This document shows, one piece after another, positions 54,468 to 64,000 of a DNA stretch of 64,000 nt. Each line of letters opens with the position of its first letter. Within the stretch, counting starts at the first letter, position 1. The stretch comes from Amoebidium appalachense (taxonomy: Eukaryota; Protista; Ichthyosporea). The translations under genes were made by a program, and so were the position numbers. Location: assembly GCA_963693365.1 (NCBI GenBank), contig CAVNZM010000009.1, positions 4,041,146 to 4,105,145 of the forward strand, written 5' to 3'. The notes under the pieces were generated by a model, which did no database searches, was not told where the DNA came from, and saw only the letters and a list, made by a program, of their open reading frames with translations.

Positions 54468-56861
54468 TCACAGGAACGCAAAACGACCCGAGTTGGCTCG
54501 AGCCCTTGGACCTCAATTATTAGGGGGGTGGGGGGTAGTGGTGGTGATCGTGGTGATGAGGGGGAGAAAGGAGGGGGTGGGGTGGGGTGTGGGGAGAGCA
54601 TACGCTGGTAGCAATACGGTAGTGAGCAGCCATGGCGCATTCCAGACCACCCCCGAGGGCATCACCGTGGATGGCAGCAACAACGGGCAGCTTGCCGTTG
54701 GCCACCTTGTCAAACAAACGCTGGCCCTCCCGTGCCATGTGCGTGGCCTCGTCTGCCGATTTGGCTTTCTGCAATGTGCATGTGTTGTTAGAGCGAGTGG
54801 ATACGAGCCAGGCACACAGGACCAGAAACAGTGGGTAAGGTGTAAGGGCATCAGTGCAACAAACTGTCTGGCCCCCCAAACATGTTACATCTAAGGGCAG
54901 GGGTGGGTGTGAGGGTGTAAATGACTACCACGGGGGGGGGGGGGGGGGGGGGGGGGGGGTGGAAACAAGACCTGCAACTCGGGTAGGTGAATGGAACGTG
55001 CAGTAAGATGGTGGCGAGATGATGCAAGGAATCAAGAGCATTAGGGGGGGGGGGGGGGGGGAGGATAGGGGAGAATAAACACCAGTGATGAGGAATAGAG
55101 GGGGCAAGAGAGTTGAATGCAAGACGGGAGGGACGAAGAACAAGGAGCCACCTACGCGGAGCATGTCGATGTCAGCGCCAGCAATGAAGGTGCCTGGCTT
55201 TGCCGACATGATGACTGCGGCCTTGACTTGTGGGTCGTTGCTGAGTGAGTCGTACATAGCCTCAAACTCCTCCATCAGCTGCTTGTTCAGCGTGTTGACC
55301 TGCAAACACGTTGTGTTCGGTTTAGTGAAAGAAAAGAACAGCTTGTTACTGTTGCTCGTTGGAGTCACGAAACAATAACCGAGCTGACATAAATATGTGC
55401 TTTCTTGAAAAGAACACGTGCTTTGCGAGTGGATAAGCACTACCAGAGACCCACAAGTGCCTTCATCCTTCCAACAACACTTTATGTTGTTCTGGCGGTT
55501 GAACCCCCTCCCCCCCCCCCCCCCCCCCCCCAAAACAAACCCCCTACTAACACCACCGTCCTCTATACTCCTGAACACACTGTCCTCACCAGCTACCATC
55601 CCCCCCCCCCCCCCCCCTCTCCACACACAGGACCAAGATGCACCGGGAAGCAAATGCAGCCGGCAGCCCCACCCACCTTGGAGTTGGGCTGGTCCAGCTT
55701 GACCACAGCAACGCCATCCTTGACGTTGCACTGGATGTAACGGGCCTGCTCTGCTGCTGTGTTTTCGGTAAGTGGTCGCCTCATACCCCTTTTCAAAACC
55801 AAAATATCCCAACTCCCCCCCCCCCCCCCCCCCACCCCCTCCATACACACTACCCCATCTGTTCAACTGACAATGCCCCCCCCCCCCCCCCCTCCCCTCC
55901 CCCCCCCCCCCCCCCCCCCCCCCGCCCCTTCCCTAGCACACACATTCAGTGCTATCAAAGGTACAGCACATGCACCATTCACTTTGGAGGGATAAGGCAA
56001 ACTCTTATCCTTGTAAGAACTAGACAGGGGCTAGAACCAGAAGCTCCCACGTGCAATATGATCTGGAAACGAAAGGAAGGCGAATAGGATGAGGCTTCCC
56101 ACAGAAGCTATTGCTCAGAAACAAGTGTCGTAGGAAATAAACAGAACGACAAAACACCCATTCTCCTGCCCAAGCAGGTTCCAGAAGAACTTGAATACCG
56201 ACCTGCTGGTGTAGCGGCAGCGGCAGTGGCAGTGGCCATGAAGCGCTTGGCAACTGGTTGTGCAGCCGCCAAGAGGCTCACACTGCCTGATGAGGGAATG
56301 GTGTAAGCTTTCAAACCCACAGCCCCTAATTAAACCCCCTGCCAACCTCTTTCCCTCTGCTATATGCTTGCTTGAATATCTCTTGACTATTCTCTACGAA
56401 ACTTGGTCAGACAAAGCCCCCCTCCCCCACCTCCCTCCTCCCTGCTGCTCTCATCCACTTTTCCCGGTCGAGTCGTTGCTAAACCTTCCCGCTTTTTCTT
56501 TCCAAAAACCCTCCTACCCACGCCTCCCCCTCCCCCCCCCCCCCCCCCCCCTCCCTCCCCCACCACCCCCCTCCCCCTTCTTCACCCCTTCCCCCCTGCC
56601 TCAACAACCACTATCAGTAGCTTTTGGTTAACCCCTAGGAACAAGCCCAGGGGATAGTAGTTTTTCCTCAAGGTTGCCTATCCAGCTCGCATCAACCTCA
56701 TTCGCCGATGGTGTAGCCAGGAAGCTAACAGCTTTCTTGTACACCACAGACACCGGGCAAACACTTGTTCGTGTCTACTCCTAAACATTAATAACTTTCG
56801 ACATGCCAGTCTCACCTTGCAGGGCTGCCGCCCCGGCAGGCAAAAGCTTTGCAGACTGCAT
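47611..56861 (-). CDS. HADHA: Mitochondrial trifunctional protein alpha subunit (enoyl-CoA hydratase / 3-hydroxyacyl-CoA dehydrogenase)
   Basis: 17 phase-consistent exons: 56861-56816, 56286-56203, 55756-55677, 55299-55156, 54768-54604, 54210-54067, 53532-53406, 52900-52809, 52443-52356, 51864-51656, 51377-51208, 50592-50451, 50071-49883, 49600-49424, 48887-48714, 48311-48148, 47746-47611 (TAA). Motifs: [147 protein letters not shown]. Confidence 0.97.
50860..50902 (-). pseudogene. Degenerate copy of the 3' half of the neighbouring tRNA-Leu
   Basis: + strand GACGAGTGGGATTTAAAACCACGCCTGGAGAACCAGACAGGAC versus tRNA GACGAGAGTGGGATTTGAACCCACGCCTGGAGAACCAGACTAGGAC. It is also followed by a T run. 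Confidence 0.8.
50940..50958 (-). terminator. Pol III oligo-T terminator of tRNA-Leu
   Basis: Long T run on the minus strand 2 nt after the tRNA 3' end. Confidence 0.75.
50961..51045 (-). tRNA. tRNA-Leu(CAG), intronless, inside the HADHA intron 50593-51207
   Basis: Minus strand GGCGAGATGGCCGAGTTGGTCCAAGGCGCTAGGTTCAGGTCCTAGTCTGGTTCTCCAGGCGTGGGTTCAAATCCCACTCTCGTCA. Has a 7-bp acceptor stem, anticodon stem CTAGG/CCTAG around TTCAGGT, long variable arm, GGTTCAAATCC T-loop and A discriminator. Confidence 0.95.
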
Positions 56862-57349
56862 CTTTCGCCTTCACTCTAAACCTACCCGTCGGGTATATCG
56901 TGTTTTCCCTCCTTTAGCACTCTCTCAGTTTTCGGCAGGTAACAAGGGGAAAGGAACGTTTTCCCTGCCGACGTGAGTGTGTGACCGTGTGAGAGCTTCT
57001 CGCGCGCATTTGTATACGGCGGCTCAATGAGCACCTCGACGACTGGATTTTTCAGGAGGACGGCAAATGTATCTATCTCAAAGGATTTGTTTACCAAGGT
57101 AGAGATACATACAATCACGCAGATAACACTTATAAAAAGGGAGAGAAACGTGTAATTACAAATCAATACACTATGAAATATTTAAATAAGGTATATTATT
57201 GTCAAACGTCCAATAATACAAAAAATAGGTTGTATGTGCGAAATGCAGTCAACTCCACTCTGATGCTTTTCCTTGCCTTCCTCCTAACATGTGATTCTAC
57301 CAATGAACAATGTGTCTCAAAGCAAGTAACTGAGCACATCCTGGATGGA

Positions 57350-57785
57350 CTCCGTTGGTGCACGGGTTCGGATTCGGAACTCCGTGCCAGCTGTTCACTG
57401 AAACTGAGTCTCTCAAATGTTCACAGCTGGTGGTTGGAGAACGGAAAGTTTCGAGGTTGCTGTTTTTCTCTTAGGCGGCGCTATTCCCCCACCGGTTTTC
57501 ATTTTTTTGTAAGTATTCTAAAAATTCTTCTTCTAGTACTTGCACTGAGCACTTCCTGATTGCTTTCAGTTTGTGCGCGGATTTACATATTCAATTTGGA
57601 CTCCGTGCCCTCTGTTCATCCCGGAAACTGAGTCTCTCAAGTGCTCACAGCTGGAAGAAGGATTCGGAGGTAGAGAGGCAATATATCAACCGTATTTTCC
57701 TATTTAGGAGCGAGGAGCGATTTTCCCCTATAAGCATTCTTCATCAAATATGTTCTACTGTGATCCCTTACTCCTAGTGCTTTTG
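57350..57785. repeat. Old ~220-bp-period tandem duplication upstream of HADHA
   Basis: ACTCCGTGCC..CTGTTCA...GAAACTGAGTCTCTCAA.TG.TCACAGCTGG at 57379-57430 and 57600-57654, with weaker similarity downstream. Confidence 0.7.
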
Positions 57786-58919
57786 GACATGGTTAGCTGA
57801 CGTTCATGTCCTTCTTCTTGCAGTAGGGAATTGGAGGAGAGGGAGCGGTAGGGGCGGAGGTTCGGATGGGGGTCTCTAACGTATAAGGCTTTAACTCGTT
57901 CTGCACAAGCGCACATAAGTCGGTTCTGCTATTTACATTGTCTATGATGATTTATCCACTAGGTGTAGTCATTTGCCGGCCCACATTTCGGCATGCCTGC
58001 GTGCGAGGATATGTAGAGTTATCGGCTCACGTGCATGGCAGGCTAGGTATTAATATCTGAATCTTATTTGAGCGATTAGTTAGGTTGCGTGAAAATGTCA
58101 TTGAGCAGGTGTGAAAACCTTACCTTAACGACTTTCTGGTGAAAATAAATTGACTCTGCAAATACCGTTGTCCTGTACTTCTGTGAACTGGCCGATCTGT
58201 GCATTGCTCGTTGTAACAGTTTTTCCTGCCATTTCCACCAATAGATAAACAAAGCTCCACAGCCAAGGAACGTGAAAGCGTTTGTTGTATTGTTTTCTCT
58301 TTTCAAACACATACAGGCCGGAAAAAAAGTCGGAATGGGCGGAAACAACGGGATGGCCGTAACTTGAGAACAGTACCCAGAGTGCGGGAATTTCGAGTGT
58401 AACCACAGTGATATGTCCCGCTTTCTCTCTCTCACGCTCCCCCCCCCCCCCCCCCCTCCCCCCCCCTCCCCTCCTCCCCCCCCCCCCTTCCCTCCCTCCC
58501 TCCCTCACCCCCAACTCCGAAAACCCACCTCTCTTCTCTCTCGTTCTCTCTTCCCCACCCCTCCGCCTTTCCCCCGCCTCCCCCCACCTCCCCCCCATCC
58601 CTGCCACCCCACCCCCACCCCACCCCCTTCCCCCCTCCCCCTGTCGCTCTCGTCACACAGCTATTTCCTGAATCATGATTTTGCTACCGATCGAGAAATG
58701 TAAAACATGACGTGTGCGTGTCACGGTGTGTGTGTGGTTGGGGGGAGGGGTGGGGTTGGGGGGTGGAGGGGGGGAGGAGGGGGGGGGGGAAGGAAGTGGT
58801 CGGTTACAATCACGGTATTGGTTCCTTCACAGAGGGTCTCATGAGAACTGTGCGCCAATCGCAAACGCAGGTGCTCTCTTGGAGAGCGTTTCCTTTCTTT
58901 TTCTTTTTTTTTTTTTTTT

Positions 58920-58965
<46 letters not shown>

Positions 58966-59419
58966 TGGCTACTGGAAACGTGGATATAGGAGGATTGTTT
59001 ATCGGGTGTTCGTGGATTTGAAGGTGGTATATGCCTGGTTGAATGCCAGTGTGTGTTTTTGTGTTTGTGTGTGCCATGTACATATTTGCTTGCATGCACT
59101 GGTGTGGGTGGGTGGGTGGGTGAGCCAGCCTAATCAGCACAGATAAACTTGCTGCGAGCTGCAGTTTTCCTCCTGAAAGCAGAAACGACATACTTTTGCA
59201 GATTTATTTGCCAAATTGTTGGCAGAATTTTCAGTACCAGATAGCAGAAAGTCATTTGTTTTGCTTTCATCAGATGTTTTGTTAATGTGGTTGGGCAATC
59301 CGAGTCGTTTGTTTGTGTGCGCGTGCGTATGTTTGTGTGTATGTGTGTGCATGTGCTGTCTTTGTGCGTGTGAGTGTGTGTGTGTGTGTGAGTGTGTGTG
59401 TGTGTGTGTGTGTGGTGTA

Positions 59420-59450
<31 letters not shown>

Positions 59451-59622
59451 TGTGTGTGTGGTGTGTGTGTGTGGGTGTGCGCACCAATGACATGGTCTGT
59501 AGGTGTGTGTGTGTGCGCGTGTAGGTGATTTCATTTTTCTTCCGGGGGGCTTTTTCAAAGATTTTGATCTCCCCTTGGTGGGAAAAGGGGTTGGTGTTTG
59601 TTGTATAATATGATCGTGTGTC

Positions 59623-60209
59623 TGTGACAAACAATATGTTTATAAATGAACGGGGTTGACTAGACCACGCTTTGCTTAGTTACGTGCTAGTCCTACTTAC
59701 ACCTGGTAAGCCGAGCACACTGAGTGAGCTCTGAAGCCCCCCGACATGCCCTTATATCGGAGCTCGCACAGCGGCTCAGACATGCGCATCGGTATGTCCT
59801 TTTGGCTACGAGAGCCAATCACATACGGTTCACGGTTCTGTCCCATGGCATCACGGTTCCAATAAACTAAGTGAGCCAATCAGGTGACAGTACTTGACTA
59901 GCGATGCATTCCAGAGTCATACCTCACGGCTACTTGCATATTTCCCCATGATAAAACGATGACATAAACGCTCATGGTTCCTCTACTACGTGTCGGTCCC
60001 ATGTGACTATTATATCTGTTTTCCCATGAATAATTCTGCAAGCTGCACGTGCACATATGTCTAAATCCATGCTCATGTGCACAAGACTTGGGGGGGACAT
60101 GCATACTGGCCTACCTCAGATCAAACACAGTGGTATATATACATGTACACGTGCGCGTATATCTCAACCTGGGTACATCCATACTAGATATCCGGTATAA
60201 TATACCACA
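59623..60209 (-). repeat. Putative 3' LTR (~590 bp)
   Basis: Begins TGTGG directly after the PPT on the minus strand. A matching ...TCACA end lies at + 59623, giving TGTG...CACA termini. GATATAAG TATA-like motif near 59751. The left boundary cannot be confirmed without the 5' LTR. Confidence 0.5.
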
Positions 60210-60249
60210 CTCCCCACCGTAAAAAGAAGTATGTCGTCCTCGACATACG

Positions 60250-60471
60250 TCACCATGCTCCACACAATGAGTCAATGTATCCGTGGAACGATGCAAGGTC
60301 ACCTCTGCGTTGGTGGAACTCTCGGATCTTGTCCGGGCAGGCTAAGTCTTTCTCACACTCCCAAGAGGTGAATGATTCATCTTTGCCTGCCCACTTGATC
60401 TGGTACCACTTGTAAGGGGTGGATTGCTTGCGCCGTTTCTGAATTCTTACGTCAAGCACCTTTTCCACCGT
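60250..60471 (-). pseudogene. Chromodomain at the integrase C-terminus (frameshifted relative to integrase)
   Basis: TVEKVLDVR..WYQIKWAGKDESFTSWECEKDLACPDKIREF matches the chromodomain pattern VE.VLD.R..Y..KW.G..(T/S)WE.E..L.C..I.EF. Confidence 0.88.
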
Positions 60472-61661
60472 TTGTCCGGCAGAACCTTGTTGAAATTGTG
60501 ACTATCGCCCGTGTCCGGGAGGTGAGAGAGATCTTGAGGCCGAATTCTATTTTGCTCACTCAATTCAAGCTGAATATCGTCCACGTGCCACTTAGATTTC
60601 TTCATAGTTGCTAAGCTTCGGATCTCGTACGTGACCGGGCCGACCCTTTTGACGATTTCGTAACCCGTAATCCACCGTACATCCCAGGCACCGATATTTT
60701 TGGCTTGATTCCGAACACGAATCCGTGCACCCTTCTTAAATTCACGAGCCACCGAGGGGCCTGGGGGCTCTCGTACGGCACGTTGCTGGACCACAGCACG
60801 GAGCAGAGGCAGACGGGCTAGTAACTCTCGCCGGTATGCTTTCCACTCTGGGTCCTTGAGTGCCGGGTGATTACTGCTAAGAAGGGCAACGTCAGGGAAT
60901 TGTGTTGCTTCTTGCCCGTACACAAGATAATACGGTGTACATTGCAAAATTTTGTGTGTTGTTGTGTTGTATGATGCATGTGTAACCACCGGCAACAGAG
61001 TGTCCCAATTAGTGTGCTCATAATCAACGTACTTTGAGAGTGCATTATTAATAAATCTATGAGACCGTTCATTGGAACCGTTGCTTTGTGGGTGATATGC
61101 AGAGGTGCTCACTTGTGCAATATTTGCTATACGGCAAATCTCAACAATTAGCTCATTGAGAAACTCTGATCCTTGATCACTCAAGAGTGTACGAGGGGGG
61201 CCGTGTATATAGCAAATTACATTCATGAGTGCATGTGCAACATTAACGGCATGCTTAGATTGGATGGGCACAGTGATTAAATACTTCGTTGCCATATCCA
61301 TAAACACACAAATGAAAGTATTACCATTTTTCGTTTCTGTGAACGGACCCATAAGGTCAACAGAAACACGAGAGAACATTTTTAAATTTTCGTATCTCTG
61401 TTCAAATGGCCTACTTCTCAAGTGTGGGTTATCGTTACGGCCTTGGCACTGTGTGCAGGCATTCACATAAGCAGTGATATCTTTGTGCATGCGTGGCCAA
61501 TAATAATTGTATAATCTTTCGTAAGTTCGTTCAATGCCAGTATGAGCCCCCCCGTCGTGCACACTTCTTAATAAATCAGCACGAAGGATTTCGGGCACAT
61601 ACAGGAAACGACGACCATCCTTAGCCACATGATAAAGCACGTCATCCTCTATCACACACAT
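60447..61661 (-). pseudogene. Gypsy integrase (HHCC zinc finger, DDE core, GPY/F-like module)
   Basis: VHDGGAHTG..YYWPRM..CTQC, VSVDLMGP, LLSDQGSEF, AYHPQSNGSNER, YEIVKRVGPVTYEI. Out of frame with RT/RNase H. Confidence 0.92.
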
Positions 61662-61800
61662 TTGTGCTATTTTCTTAACCTTTTTGTATCCGAAATACTC
61701 AAGATTAAGACCGTGTGCAGCTCGTTCCCCCCCTGCCTGTCATTCCCGTTTGGCCTCGGCATCGAGGGAGGCAAGCCACCGGAGCCACGTGATTATATCC

Positions 61801-63630
61801 TTACACATTTTGTCCCCCCCCCTGTGCCATCATAATTGCTTCCTTCTGATAGCCGGCACCACCGAGTGCAGAAAGGGAGGGCAGGCCGGCTTGACTGAGT
61901 GCAGAAATTTGTGCACATTTCAAGCGGTCTGGATCGAAAATGTGTGTGAATTCGAGTGCATCACCCCAATCAACAAACACTTCGGCTGGTTTCGAGCTAA
62001 GCTCGGATAAATCTGCTGTGAGAACCTCTTGTAATTCCTTTTTCACATCCCACTTTTCCAGTGGTATGTTTTCGTTCTCATGCAGAATATATCCTATACG
62101 GCTTAACCCATCAGCATCGTGCATGGTAGGGCCAGGACGGTAGTATAGATCGAAATCATACTCCTGCATTTCCAAAGGCCACCGTTGCATCCGTTCGTTT
62201 GCTATCCGTTTGACACCTTTAAGAGAAAGACAGGGCTTATGGTCACTTTCCACAATAGTATTCACTCGACCATACACGTACACCCTAAACTCTTTCAGTA
62301 CCCAATAGATTGCATGCGTTTCTCGTTCGATGTTGCTCCACCTACGTTCGGTAGGTTGAAACATCCGGGAGGCATATGCCACCGTGCGGAACTTGCCATC
62401 CTTTTGTTTTTGATACAGGCAAGCCCCTTCCGAGAACCGACTAGCATCACAACGAATAAGAAACTGACCCCCCGTGGGGGAAAGATCGGGCAGGGCAAGT
62501 ACTTCCTCCGATAACGCCGATTTTAAATCTTTAAACGAGCGATCTAATTCGTCCGTCCATTTTAACCGTCGGTGTTTTCTCCGTCGGTGTTTTTCTCCGT
62601 AACACTCGGCATTCATGGGCCGGGCTTGCTCTGCATAATTTAAAATGTGACGGCGGAGATACGAAGTAATACCCAGAAAACCCCGGAGTTGGTGTAGTGT
62701 GTTTGGTACCGGCCAATCTTTCACTGCCTGAACCTTTTTCGAGGCGGGCCGAATGCCATTCACACCTACAATCCAACCCAAAAACGGTATTTCCGTTAGC
62801 CCAATGTATGTCTTTGCCCCATCGAGCTTAACTCCATATTCACCGAGACGGGTGAAAAGTCGGTCAAGCTTCTGTATTAATTCTTTTTCGGTGTGTGCAC
62901 CCACAGCTAAATCATCGGCATATACCACCACGTCATCGGCCAGAGGGGCCAAAATCTGTGTCATGATAGATGCTAGCTGGGACGGGGAAGTACTAAGTCT
63001 TAGCCCCTGTGGTGCCACACAATGTGACTCAGCGTCTAGCAGTATTTGGTAAAAGGCACCCGACATATCAGCTTTACAGAAATACTTATACCCAGCCAAC
63101 TTCTCTATTTGTTGTTGCAAGTTGGGCATGGGCCAGGAAGATTTTCGAATTTGCTTGTTAAGAGCACGAAAATCAGTCAGCAGACGGTATTTTCCGTTTG
63201 GTTTTCGTATTACGAAGGTGGGTGAATTATACTGACTGTGTGCTTGTTCCATCTGCCCTCTACGACACATATCCTCCACGATCTCTGTTGCAGCCTGCTC
63301 TTTCACTTGTTCCAACCTCCACTGTTTTAATCGAATCGGTGGGTTATCTCCCGTGTCTATGTGCACGGTGAATCCTTTAATCTGAGGAAATTCGTCGGGG
63401 TCCGTAGTGATGAAGCAACGAGAGTGTGCTTCTAATAGTTTCTTGACATCCGGAAGCATACTCTGAGGCACCCTATTCCAATCAAAACCGTGGGGAGCCT
63501 GGCCGGCATCGTGTGCACCCCCACCCGAAATTTCCGAAATTTTTCGGGGGGGGGGGGGGGGGGGGTTTATGATCAACGGCACACATTGATTGGTCGATCG
63601 GTGAGTGTATCGGACCGCCTCGTGTCCCAC
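61801..63630 (-). pseudogene. Gypsy pol fragment: reverse transcriptase + RNase H
   Basis: HIDTGDNPPI, SQYNSPTFVIRKPNGKYRLLTDFRALN, KADMSGAFYQI, YADD, FLGW..GIRP, WPVP..LRGFLG, IRCDAS, VAYASR..ERRWSNIERE, VESDHKP, YRPG..ADGLSR. The TAF.T..G.Y segment is missing. Confidence 0.92.
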
Positions 63631-64000
63631 TCACATGCCCTTCGTGCCCACACATGTTATCGGTAGGCACCCGGCCCGGTGGCACGGCCGGAGGTGAATT
63701 GGGTAGGCAACCTTCTCCACCCCCCGTTGCCCACCTGATGCACTGCGCTATTGCACCAACGACGGTTTGTGTACGACTGGGGTGGGGTTCGGCTTGCAAA
63801 ACACTCAGTTCGTGTATGTACTCATGTCGGCTCGTAGGAACGAAATGACCGATGGTACCGAACACGTTCAAATCCGGACCCACACCATTTTCGCACACAA
63901 CAGCAATAGATTTATCCACACTAATTTCACAGATGGTGGGGGGGAACTTATCTCGAAATTCACGAGTAGGCTCGAAGATACCGAGGGTGCCAGCAGCAGC

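Larger units (their letters stand above)
59623..64000 (-). mobile_element. Ty3/gypsy LTR retrotransposon of chromovirus type, degenerate; continues beyond the window end
   Basis: Order on the minus strand: RT - RNase H - integrase - chromodomain - polypurine tract (GGTGGGGAG, + 60210-60218) - putative 3' LTR. Several frameshifts and a deletion in RT. Confidence 0.93.

Noticed and set aside
56900-59600. HADHB head-to-head with HADHA
   Set aside because: No thiolase motifs are recognisable in the interval.

Overview
Intron-dense eukaryotic DNA, probably a unicellular opisthokont/holozoan (inference). Introns are packed with G/C homopolymers and (CA)n/(GT)n microsatellites, so nearly all ORFs in the supplied track are spurious. 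I spliced four multi-exon genes by hand, checking splice sites and phase. (1) The 3' part of a USP4/11/15-type deubiquitinase (+, <1-13835). (2) A mitochondrial D-lactate dehydrogenase (+, 17000-27512). (3) An unusual ~640-aa protein with RING finger, protein-L-isoaspartyl methyltransferase (PCMT/PCMTD)-like domain and two tandem Yippee-type Zn domains (+, 31295-45837). (4) Mitochondrial trifunctional enzyme alpha subunit HADHA (-, 56861-47611), with an intronic tRNA-Leu(CAG). The window ends in a degenerate chromodomain-bearing Ty3/gypsy LTR retrotransposon (-). A probable Ty1/copia relic, small repeats and minisatellites are also present. The best candidate for an undescribed system is the RING-PCMT-Yippee-Yippee gene, a possible single-chain E3 ligase for isoaspartate-damaged proteins. 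All family calls rest on recognised motifs; no database search was run.
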